DNA of 61,149 nt, counting the filler, from Jimgerdemannia flammicorona (taxonomy: Eukaryota), in NCBI GenBank assembly GCA_003990765.1. It is 3 parts of 3 records of this genome, joined end to end, with 100 filler letters (N's around TTAATTAATTAA, not from the genome) between each part and the next. Parts side by side here need not be neighbours in the genome. Positions count along the whole stretch, not along the records: positions 40,841 to 61,149 come from RBNJ01001713.1; 2 more parts are not named here. One strand, 5' to 3'. The notes beneath the pieces are model-generated. The model did not search any database. It was not told where the DNA came from and was given only the letters and a program-made list of their open reading frames with translations. A program made the position numbers and the translations under genes. Shown one piece after another: positions 50,173-61,149 of this stretch; position 1 is the first letter of the stretch; each line of letters starts with the position of its first letter.

Positions 50173-53100
50173 TGTAACAATTTCACAGTCGTATTTAGTC
50201 TTAATACATTTTTTGCATCTTTTAGTTAGTCTTTTCTTATCTTTTCTTGAACATTCTACTATATTCCATCACCTTATACTTGCTTAGAAACCTTCTCTCA
50301 GCACCCAGACACCACTAGAACATTCTTGTCTTTTCTTGATACCAAGCATCTTGTCTTAGCTAGTTATAGAACCTTTTGGAATATTGTAGAATAGTATTAG
50401 TCAGCTTTGCCAAGAACCTATTTCTTGGCATTTCTCTTTCTTTCCAAGATCCTTCCAGATCTTTCTTTCAGATTATGTATAAATATCCTTATTCTCTGCC
50501 TGAATAAAGCTCAGAATATTTTCTCCCAGAAATCCTTCAAGAATACTTAAACCTTTAAGTATCTCTTTGAGCTACTTTAGGCCAATCAGAAATTCCAGAT
50601 TTAGCTGCTTCCTCTTAAAGAAACTAGAACTATTACACTTGATAGCAGCAGTATTATTACACCTTACCTTATTAAGAAATCTCACACAAATTTGGAAACC
50701 AGTCACAACTAGTTATATGAATCCAAAATGAGCTATGAAGAGACAGTCTACTAGCCAGACCCCTCTACTACAGAAGAAGCAGGAGGATTGCAGCTCAACA
50801 TAGAAGATATGATCAATACCATAGCCCACCAAAATCAAGAACTATATATAAGCACAACTAGAACAGCAGAAAATACATACTGTGGATACATCACATTCTG
50901 CTGTAGCACTAGTCAGTTTCAAGCCACTCAAGCCAGATATCTTCAATGGCCATCAAGAAGGACTATCTACAGATGCATGGACCTTTCAATTGGACCAATA
51001 CTTCAAGCTCACAAGAATGAAAGATGACATACAAGTCCAATTTGCCACCATACTCCTCTGAGGAAATACAGCCATCTGGTAGTACAATCATATTATGGTC
51101 ACATCTATACACTCATATACACAAATCAGAGATTGGGAAGCTTTCAAGAGAGCCCTTTATAAGCAGTTCAAGCCTGCTAATGCTACTAAGCTAGTCAGAG
51201 ACAAGTTAGCAAATATCAAGCAACTCAAGTCCATATAAAGCTATAATATACAATTCTTATTAATCCTACTTGAGCTACCAGCAGTATCTGAGGATGAAAA
51301 GATAGACTGCTATGTCTGAGGTCTGAGGGGAAATACATGAGTCAAGGTCGAGCTAGAAGAGCCCAAAACTCTTAATAAAGCCATGAGAATTACTGATAGA
51401 TTTGATATCATCATCTTTGGTAACTGCTTTGAACCAGAATGCCACAAGAAGAACCACTTCAAGAACCACTACAGAAACCAACCAAAGACAGTTGGCCTGG
51501 CACCAATAGACTTAGACACTATGAACAAAAAGAACACTAAGCTCACCTCTGAAGAAAAGGACTATCTGAAGAAATCTGGAGTCTGTTTCTTCTGTTGCCA
51601 AATAGGACACATTGCAACCAAATGTCCTAGGAAGACTAACAAACCCTCAAGGCCAGTCACCATATTATCCAAGGACACACCTGTCAATCCCACCATCAGT
51701 CAACTTGAGCTTAAGGTTAAGAAGCTTCATCTGAAGGCCCAGGTCCCTCAATATCAAATAGAAGGAGCCATTGGTCTTGACCTACACTCAGTCAAACAAG
51801 TCACTATTCCAGCCAAGGGCTGTATTCTGGTGCCTACTGGAATTACAGTTCAATGCCCTGAAGGACATTATGCTAGAATTGTACTATGATCAGAACTCAG
51901 TATCAAACATCATTTAGATATAGGCAATAGCATCATTGATCCAGACTTTCAAGGACAAGTTCAAGTCTTGCTTATCAACCAGAAGGATCAAGACTACACA
52001 GTTAAGGAAGGAGACTGAGTCGCACAAATGATCCTGGAAAAAGCCAGTCAACTCAAGATTACAGAAGTCTAAGAACTCACTGAAACCAAATGAGATCAAA
52101 AGGGTTTTGACAGCACTGATCAAGCAGCAAGTCTTAGTGAAAATCAAGCTCAAGCTATGCTCATTTTCAAAGGCCTAGTTAAAGGAAAAGAAGTTCAAGT
52201 ACTTATAGACAGTGGAGTCACAGAGAACTTCATCAATCAGAATCTCATCAAAAGTCTCAAGATCCTCACCAAGCCTGTACTCAAGAACAATAGTATAGTC
52301 ACCACAGATGGTACTCTGCACCCCATTGAGTCAATTGCCACCAAACTGCCCATCAAGATTCAGAAATACTGGAAATGAGTAGACTTCAAGGTTGCACCAC
52401 TAGGAGATCATGACCTGATCTTAGGAAAACTCTGGCTTACAAAACACAACCCAGATATTAATTGGTATAAGAATGAAGTTACCTTACTTCAAGATGGAGC
52501 CAACATTACAATCAAGACAGACAAGACTACAAGTAAGACTCAGATTGCAATTCTGTCAGCTATATAGTACAAGAAAGCACTTAAAAAGGCAATGCATGCC
52601 TTTGTTATAATGATCTACTCCAAGAAACAAGACAAGAGACTATCAGTCAATGAAAGTGTCAAGCTATTGCTAGAAGAATTCAAGAATGTCTTTTCAGACA
52701 AGCTATCTAGTCTACCACTTACACAAGAAGTTGATTATGAAATCAAACTGATCCCAAGAGCTGTACCACCCAAGAAATACATATACTGCATGTCACCACT
52801 TGAAATTGAAGCAGTCAAGAAGGAACTAGAAGAACTACTTGTATGAGGAGCCATCCAGCCAAGCAAATCTCCTTATGGCTCACTAATCTTATTCATCAAG
52901 AAGAAGGATAGTACCCTGTGAATGTGCATAGACTATCATATACTCAACAAACTCACTGTCAAGAACTACTATCTGCTACTCTTGATTGATCAAATTTTTG
53001 ATGCTCTCAAGAATGCCAAGTATTTCACTAAGTTAGACCTCATGTCAGAATACCACCAGATCCAAATCAAGCCAGAAGACATTCTCAAGACTGCATTCAT

Positions 53101-55503
53101 GACCCCCTTTGGACTTTACAAATTCCTGGTCTTAGTATTTGATCTCACCAATATACCCACCACATTCCAGACTCTGATGAATAAGATATTCAAGAACTAA
53201 CTATTTATTTTCCTATTGGTATATCTTGATGACATTCTGATCTTTAGTGCAACTAAAGAAGAATATCTCAAACACATTTGAATAGTCCTGGAGATCCTGT
53301 AAAAACACAAGCTTTACATCAAGCTTAAGAAGTGCAAATTCTTCAAGAAACAAGTCAAATACCTTGGCCACATTGTCTCTGCACAAGGAATTCAAGTAGA
53401 CCCATATAAGATAGAAGCAATTGAAGAATAGTCCATTCCATCAAATCTTATAAAACTCTGATCTTTCCTTGGTCAAGCTGGCTATTACTACTGCTTTGTC
53501 AGAAACTTCTCTAGTATTGCTGAGCCACTGACCAACCTCATGAGGAAGGCCCTGCACTCAGACCACTATGTACATATCTTATACCTGAGACCTCTTCTGT
53601 CAACAAGCCTTTCAAGAACTCAAGAACTATCTGACTCATGCTCCAGTCCTATATAATGTAGATCAAGGCCTAAAATTCACAGTCACCACTGATGCATTGA
53701 ATTTTGCCATTAGAGCAGTCCTGTCACATGATGATGGCAAAGGATATCACTCTATTACTTTCAAGTCCTGCAAGCTGGCCTCAGCTAAACAAAAGCTAGC
53801 TACTCATGAGAAGGAACTACTAGTAATAATACATATACTAGACCACTGGCGATACTATTTAGAAGGTGTTGAGTTTGATGTCATTACTGATCATCAATTC
53901 CTCAAGTACATCAACACCCAATCTACTCTATCATGTCTACAAGCCAAGTAGAGCCTCAAGCTTCAAACCTTCAACCCAATGATCATCTATAAGCCTGGTA
54001 AAACACTTGTAGTACCAGATGTCTTATTAAGATATCCAGACCTTACCACAATTATGCAAGTCACCTTGGCATCAGAATTCCTAGACCAAATCAGGCAAGC
54101 TTACAAAGAAGACACAGTTGCTACTAGAGTTTTCTCAAACAAACTCAAAGATATATATACTATTGAGAACAATCTGATCTATCATCAAGATCAAGTCTAT
54201 CTACCTAAAAACATGAACCTATACTATAAGGTTTTGCAAGAACATCATGACTCTCCTCTTGCTAGTCACCTGGAAATTGAGAAGACTGTTAAGAATATCC
54301 AACACTGCTACTATTGGCCAAATATGGTCAAATATGTTGCCAGCTGTGATCTATATCAGCACAACAAGTCTATCAACCAAGTATCTGCTGGTTTGCTACA
54401 ACCACTATCAATTCCTACCAAGAAGTTTGAGCAAGTCACCATGGACTTTGTAACTCAACTACCATGAACTCAATCTGGTGCTAATACTATTGTTGTATTC
54501 ATTGACCACCTGACCAAGACTATGGTTACTGAACCAACCACTACCAATGCTACTGCACCCAAGATTGCAAGAATCTTCTTCAAGTTCATCTTCTATTACT
54601 ATGGCCTACCATGAGTAATTGTTAGCAGTCATGACCCCAAGTTCACTAGCCACTTCTGGCAAACCCTCTTCAAGACTCTGGGAACCCAACTGGCTAAATC
54701 TACTACCTTTCACCCACAAACTGATGGACAAACTGAGCACATGAACAGAATTCTAGAACAAATACTTAGACTATATTTCTTATAAGTAAGATGATTGGGC
54801 CACCTATCTGACTTATGCAGGGTTTGCATACAATAATGCCATCCAATCATCTACTTGTCTTTCTTCTTTCTGGTTACTCTATGGTCAAGATCCCGAGACC
54901 TCTGCAAGTCTATTATCTTTCAAGAAAACCAGTCAAATATAAGTCCTAACCACCAAACACCTTACAGACAAAATGGATGAACTACTCAAGTGAATCTTCA
55001 GAAGGCTCAACAGTATCAAACCAAGTATGCTGACAAGAAACACTATGATATTACCTACACTATTGGAGATCAAGTCCTACTGTCTACTGAGAACCTCAGG
55101 ATACAATCTTAAGTCAACCACCCTTCAAACAAGTTCCAACCCAAGTATATTGGACCTTTCAAAATTACTGAACAAGTCTCTGCATCCTCCTACCACCTCA
55201 AGTTACCTGAAACCATGAGAGTGCACCCAGTCTTTGATGTGTCATACCTTAAGACCTGGAATCAGTCACCACTCTACCCTGGTTGAATTTCTAAGCCTTC
55301 TGCCCCTATGATTATTGAAGACCATATTGAGTATGAAGCTGAGAAAATCCTTGACAAACAAATCTGCTACCATCATTCTGAATACCTAGTCAAGTAGATG
55401 GATTATCTTGAATATGATACTACCTGGGAACTACTAGTCAACCTCAAGAACTCTTAAGATCTGGTTCAAGACTTTGAGGCCAAATGCATTGCTCAATCCC
55501 TAT
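50173..55503 (+). mobile_element. Ty3/Gypsy chromovirus E (LTR-gag-dUTPase-PR-RT-RNaseH-IN-chromodomain), 3' LTR missing
   Basis: 5' LTR tgtaac..ttaca at 50173-50637 and PBS. CFFCCQIGHIATKC knuckle, IDSG, MCIDY, YLDD, TDA, HPQTDGQTE, chromodomain EYEAEKILD..EYLVK*..TWE at ~55325-55480. Confidence 0.95.
51705..52120 (+). pseudogene. dUTPase domain of Gypsy E (between gag and protease)
   Basis: AIGLDL, VPTGI, *SELS, IIDPDFQG, VAQMI, KGFDST. Confidence 0.88.
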
Positions 55504-55684
55504 AGTGACTTCCTTGAATTATTGATGACCTATAGTAATAACCAGTACCTTATGCATCAGAAGTTTACTTTGGGATCCTGGAACCAACAGAATATTTAAT
55601 AAATAAGAAGTCTACCAAAATAAAGCTACTAGCTGGGTTTGAATCCCTCCCAGTTGGTTAGTCTGATAATAGGTCCTCTGCTCT

Positions 55685-56645
55685 TATAACGGTTCTGGTT
55701 TCTAAATAAGGAAGCGACTAATTCTGGTAGTCCTAAGTAGCTCGAAGAGATACTAAGGATTCAAGTGTTCTTGAAGGATTTCTGAGAGAAAATATTCTGA
55801 GCTTTATTCATGAGAACAAAGGGGTTATTTATACAAGATCTGAAAGAAGGATCCGGAAGGATCTGAAAGAAGGATCCAGAAGGATCTGAGAAATCAAAGG
55901 AAAATGCCAAGAGGAAAGTTCTCGGCAAAGATGACAAATGATGACAAATAAAGTTCTACAAGTTTCCAGGACATTCAGTGACTAACTAAATAAGTACTAG
56001 TTAATGCTTGGTGCCAAGAAAGGATTTCTAAGCATTCGGAAAGTACCAGAAGATCATAGAATATTGGAGAAAGACAAAGAAAAGGAATAAACTATGCTAA
56101 AATGTTACATCTCCCCCTCCTTAAGAATTAACGTCCTCGTTGAATTCTTAAAGTTACACATGATAAACAATAAGACTAAAAGAAACTTCAAATTAAATAT
56201 ACTGACTTATTGGCAAGGATTGGCCGTCCTTGTATAAGGCGAGGGCCAAAGTATCATCTTGATCGGATGAGAACTGGTTCGAACCTCATTGGTTGCAGGA
56301 TTTATAGGGTTCTCCTGTATCTCTTGCTTCTGATGCTGTATCCCTTTGAGAGCCCTGATGTATAATGTGCCTGATCAGTACAGTAGGTCGTCTACTATCC
56401 AAGGAGAGAACCTCATGTGCAGTCAATGAGTTCCTTTTTGCTCGAACTCTTGGATGAGGTCTTGGGAGTTCTTGAGATTGGCGGCAGGTTCCTAGGTGGC
56501 ATTATATTCAGGGTAGCCCATCTACTTGATTAGATATTCTGTGCGACGGTATCGGACTCGTTTGTCTAAGATTTTCTTGACTTCATACTTGATGTGGTCT
56601 TTAACTATGACTGGTGCTGATGGTGTCAGAATTTGGCCAGGGTAA
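55685..56645 (-). mobile_element. Chromovirus F: 3' remnant (chromodomain, PPT, 3' LTR) related to E, opposite orientation
   Basis: LTR at 55685-56109 is an inverted homolog of 50173-50637. PPT aaggagggggaga at 56110-56122. Chromodomain YEVKKILDKRVRYRRTEYLIK at ~56440-56600. Confidence 0.88.
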
Positions 56646-58415
56646 GAAAATATAAAAATTATTAAAGTTATATCATATTATTTTATAAGAACCAGTCATA
56701 CATAAAGCAATAAAGCTATAAATAAGTTTAATGAGCAAAAGAGTAAATACTAAATATGTAATTCTGAATACTAAGAAATAATAAGATAAGTAACTATAAA
56801 ATAGATCTTAATAATAAGCTAAATAACCAAATTATAAAAAGTTCAGTAGTCTATACAGTATGTATCTTATTATTATCAGAGGGATCTTTTTGGAATCTCA
56901 ATGAGATCTTAGTAAATAAATGAGTTCTTAGCAATATACTACTTTGTTCAGATATAAGAAAAAGATACAATATCAGTATATTATCAAAATTCCAATTATG
57001 TCAACTTTAAACTAAATATCATTTATAAGATTACTCTCTATATACTTCTTCAAGAATTATATTAAATAAAAGTAGAGTATAATTAATAAGATTACTAAAA
57101 GAAGATATATTTAAAGTAAAATATAGAATAAGAAAAGAGTATTTCTGAAGCTCTGACAGATCTTTTATATTGAGATTTATAGTATGGTGTAGTTTGTACT
57201 ATATAGAGAGAATATCTGTTTTTTATACTATACTATATTTCATTATATTATTAATCATAGATATATATAATTTTTGAAGTTATTACCTAATCTATTGACA
57301 ATGGGCCATAGATTATATAATTTTCTTAGTTCTTAGATCATGGATTATGAATGATAATTTGCATATCTTTGTCAATAATATAATATTATACAATCTATCA
57401 ATAATGATATAAAGAAGATAGATATAGATCTTTATTACAAATTCAGTCAATATTACTCAAAAAAGACAGAAATTACTAAATAAATCTTAATGAATCTTTA
57501 ATCTAGATAGATATATTATAAGTCTCTATTCAATTTGCTCAGTAATTGTCATTATGTCATTTTTAGTATATCTGTAATATATTTTCCATAGAGGGACCAG
57601 TTGAGTTAGTTCTTTATTAGTTACAGGTTTTGCTCTCTTTATATTGATTATATATGACAAATTACAATTTACAAATAATGCAACAATATGAGTTTTATAC
57701 TAAATATATTCATTATGAGAAATATTTTATTAACAATAATAGATAATTACCATTTATATTAATTGGTAGCATGGCATTAACTGACCAATAGTAGATATAA
57801 AATCTCTCTCACACTTCTCTCATCTCAATATCACAATATCTGACAAATCCCTTCTTCTATGCTCAGCTTTTCCTGAATCAAACACATACTCCTGTAATGA
57901 TTACAATGAAAATTTCTCTAATGTTAAAAACAAACAAAGTCAAACAAAGTTGAATTAACCCTAATCAAGAGATCAACAATATCACCAACATATGCTCTAT
58001 CTGATACATTAAATACATCACATACAATAGTTTTATTGCTGAAGCCAGCCTAGTCAATCATATCATGATGCCATAGTGGCAAATGCCTAAACCCTTAGAT
58101 TTTGTGGAAGGTTTTTAGATTTTGTCATTGAATGCCAATTTGATGTCCGATTCGGTATCAAGCCGATGTAGCTGTTTGTGTACTTGTCCTGCAGGTGGAC
58201 AGTTCTCAGGCAGGAGTTCACGAAGGATTTTTCATTCAATATAAAAAGATTTCCACGCCCCTAGATTATACTCAGTCAAAAGCTCCAAACACACGAAAAG
58301 CTCTAAACACTTCGCCAATATCTAGGTTAGTATTAGGTATTATTTGGTCATTAATCAAGAAATTCAGACTAGCAGACTTTAATTCTAAAGAACGTAACAA
58401 ATAGGTATACTATCC

Positions 58416-58776
58416 ATGTCTACTCCGACCCTTCCGAACCTCAAGTGGTCGGTTTTCGATCAAGCTCCATTGGTAGTTTCTGCACCAACAGGAGATCCCA
58501 GGGGTTGCGTTGAATTTGACGTCAATCTCGTCAATATTGTCCGCCTCCATTTCAAGATTTGTCTCGATGAAAATCCTCCTAGCGCTACGATCGACATTTA
58601 TGTGTTCGGCGCATTCGTCGGCACAATTGGAGGAAACCTCGATTAATATTGGGTTAGTTTCAGCATCCCTTAAGGTTTATAGGGGTAGTGACGGGTGTAT
58701 TCACCTTGCTGGCTGGCTCAAGCTTTGGCCGGCTGGTGAATGGAATTTCGATCAGACTATTTACTATAAAGAATGA
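58416..58776 (+). pseudogene. Small beta-rich protein gene apparently split by a frameshift near 58641
   Basis: Frame 1 ends ...GTIGGNLD*. A protein-like continuation INIGLVSASLKVY...NFDQTIYYKE follows in the next frame. CpG-normal DNA, TATA at 58240, possible 5'UTR intron 58326-58404. Confidence 0.55.
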
Positions 58777-59448
58777 TTTTTGTTTGCCATTGTTTATTTC
58801 AACTATTTTGATTATTAGGCTATAGGAAAGAACCATTCGGGTTTGGATATTTTGCACTTCCACTGCCCTCCTTACAAGAAATTGAAATTAATATATAGCC
58901 GAGGGTGGTTCCGTAATTATATACTTGATTGAAGGCGCCCGGGCCTGATGGCGTCCGTAATGGGCCTGTCCTTGAAAGGTAGTTCGCCAGCCGGAGATAA
59001 TTCGCTAGCCTTAACGTTAGGACCATGGAGAGAAGCTCGAAGGAGTTCCGTTGCAAGGTTATTTGTTATTGATTTAAAGGTCGTCCAGCTCATCGAACCC
59101 GATTTCTCCGTCGACTTCACATAATCCACAATTTCGGACTCCCTCCGCTCATTTCGGTACTCAAAAGCAAAGCCAATATTCCCACATGTTACAGACTCGT
59201 CGCATAAAGTCATCATGCAAAGCAACGAATTGAAGCTATGGATAAGTAAAATACATCCCTTCCCATTTTCGTTATCTCCTTTTCGTTCCTGCCGTGACTC
59301 CCTTCTCCTTTCTCCAGATTTTAAAAAAATTTCTTTCACCTTCGGTCGACTCTATCGAACATAACTCGTTTAAACAACAAGCCATTTCAAATGCGAAACC
59401 CCTTTAACGCCTGAGCTTGAGCATTTTATTTAATCGAGTAAGGGTGAG

Positions 59449-59805
59449 TTACAAGTTGATAATGGAGAACACTGGGGGGGTGGCGGCGCTTTCGATCAGC
59501 GCGAAGGTGTTGCCCGTAAGTTCTGTTCCGGTGACTGTTTGTTTATCAACAGTAGCAGTGACGTTGTAAACCTTGTAACTTAATGGGTTCGTAAATCTTT
59601 CCGAAGATTGAGCACCAATCGGTGCTGTAGTTGAGAGCAAGAGCGCAAGCGCAGTAGATGTTAGACTATTAAATGTAGTTTCTGAAACGTTAGACGTTAG
59701 AATAAAGTTAACAAAGTTACCAGCCCCAATCTCGGTTCCATCATTCCCTGTCAGAACGAACTGCGCGGGAAATGTAGTCTGGTTTTCGCCTGTAATATCC
59801 GACAT
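59449..59805 (-). CDS. Hypothetical 118-aa Thr-rich protein, intronless
   Basis: Clean ATG-TAA frame with protein-like composition in CpG-normal DNA. TATATAAA lies ~45 nt upstream at 59851-59858. Confidence 0.7.
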   Translation of the reverse strand: MSDITGENQTTFPAQFVLTGNDGTEIGAGNFVNFILTSNVSETTFNSLTSTALALLLSTTAPIGAQSSERFTNPLSYKVYNVTATVDKQTVTGTELTGNTFALIESAATPPVFSIINL

Positions 59806-60008
59806 GATGGAATAACTTGGATGATTGGAAATCGATAACTCTGAGCAAGCTTTATATATGAATCGTGTTCCGGTGCGGAGGTGCGGAGCTGATAGTCACA
59901 TAGCAAAAAGCAATGGTCAATAATAATAGCAACAAGCGTCTGGTCAGATCTGGTCTGATCCGGTCTCATCAGAGCCACTCTGTGATGCATGATTTGTCAG
60001 TGGACGGG

Positions 60009-60320
60009 GCAATGTCAGTTCCAAACAGGCGACTGACTCTGTGTAATCCGGCTGTACCCCGTCCAAACAGGGCATTTAACTGTAATGACAGAAAAAAGTT
60101 ACCCATCCAATTGGATTTACGGCAGTTATTGCTCATTGATCTGCGCTTAGTCGTTCTCTGATGTATCCCTCGGATTTGGCAATGTCAGTTCCAAACAGGC
60201 TCTCTGTGTAATCCGGCTGTACCCCGTCCATTACTCGCGTAATTTTAGACAAAAAACAGATACCCATACAATTCTCTGATGTATCCCTCGGATTTGGCAA
60301 TGTCAGTTCCAAACAGGCTC
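60009..60320. repeat. Modular perfect direct repeats (A-B / C-A-B / C-A)
   Basis: A = gcaatgtcagttccaaacaggc x3; B = ctctgtgtaatccggctgtaccccgtcca x2; C = ttctctgatgtatccctcggatttg x2. Confidence 0.9.
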
Positions 60321-60637
60321 GGCAGACACCGTAAGTTAGCTGCTTTGGCGGTTGACGATTGCTGGCAGAACGGTGATTGTTGGCAGAGCGACGACACCTC
60401 ACTAGACTTCTCACACCAATCAGTATTTGTGACGACTCCATGCAACTCCAGTGTCGATCAGTCACGCAAAAAAAATAAAATAAAATAAAAAATGATAATC
60501 TCTATCGAGTACACCAGAAAGTTTCTCTAGATTCGAAGGCTCAGCCCTGCTGATTAAGGAGGAAAGTCCAATTTTGAAAAATAAGATTTAGATCGGGCAT
60601 AGCAACAAGTGATCGCCATAGCAACAAGTGGGGTCAA

Positions 60638-61149
60638 GCCGGTTTCTATTAAGATAAGATTTATTCATCGTTGTTCACCACTTGTCCATCCTCGGTGTAT
60701 CGAAGGGGTGTGTGTTGTGTAACTTGGTGTAAGGTTCCTGCGAGTGATGGCAATCAGCTGACTGTGATGCCGAATTTTGGGTGATCCAATCATCACTCTC
60801 AAATTGAAGAAAGTATAGCGTGACTGGGAAAAAAAGTACACAGTGGGAAAAAACTCCTGTGACGACTGACTCCCAAAAAACACAACTTGAAGTACACATA
60901 TGGGACACAATTTTTCAATCCTGATAGGCCATAAGGCACCTTTTGAAAAATTGCGCCCCATATATTAAGGTGCAGTTGGCAATCAGATTTCTCTTCTGGC
61001 TTAATCTGGTAAGTGGACCAAAATCGGCGGAATTTTCCGCGCCACAGGGGAACCTTACACCAAGTTACACAACACACACCCCTTCGATACACCGAGGATG
61101 GACAAGTGGTGAACAACGATGAATAAATCTTATCTTAATAGAAACCGGC
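60638..61149. mobile_element. Non-coding foldback/MITE-like element with perfect inverted arms of at least 101 bp
   Basis: 60638-60738 is the exact reverse complement of 61049-61149. The right arm runs off the window, so true ends and TSD are not visible. Confidence 0.8.

Noticed and set aside
56646..58100. AT-rich, TpA-enriched stretch
   Set aside because: Probably a decayed repeat, but no motif or terminus could be supported.
58820..59339. Minus-strand ORFs of 78 and 140 aa between the two small genes
   Set aside because: Non-ATG starts, no recognisable motifs and no supporting gene signals.
60009..60320. Repeat-spacer pattern resembling a CRISPR array
   Set aside because: Irregular spacing, duplicated spacer modules, no cas genes and a eukaryotic context.

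Overview
This is a eukaryotic window, probably fungal. About 57 kb is a nested transposon graveyard eroded by C:G>T:A transitions. The last ~3 kb keeps its CpGs and holds two small genes and a foldback element. Two 100-nt N gaps with a TTAATTAATTAA linker split the window into three contigs. Identified elements: several L1-like non-LTR elements with poly(A) tails and TSDs; a hAT family (TAGTACTC TIRs, 8-bp TSDs) with two full copies, one truncated relative and three MITEs; five Ty3/Gypsy elements plus a long LTR relic, three of the five retaining a dUTPase; and a young endonuclease-less Penelope-like element (PLE) with pseudo-LTRs. Most notable: (1) an unannotated CxH-x12-CxxC module next to the dUTPase in two Gypsy families with different domain orders; (2) a non-env accessory ORF found both after integrase and inside a long LTR; (3) a PLE whose zinc-finger ORF1 can be fused in frame to RT by an 80-nt candidate intron, with a 3' region closed by a perfect 15-bp stem; (4) a second AT-hook/Cys-cluster gene conserved inside both full hAT copies. 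All alignments were made by eye and boundaries of degraded elements are approximate.
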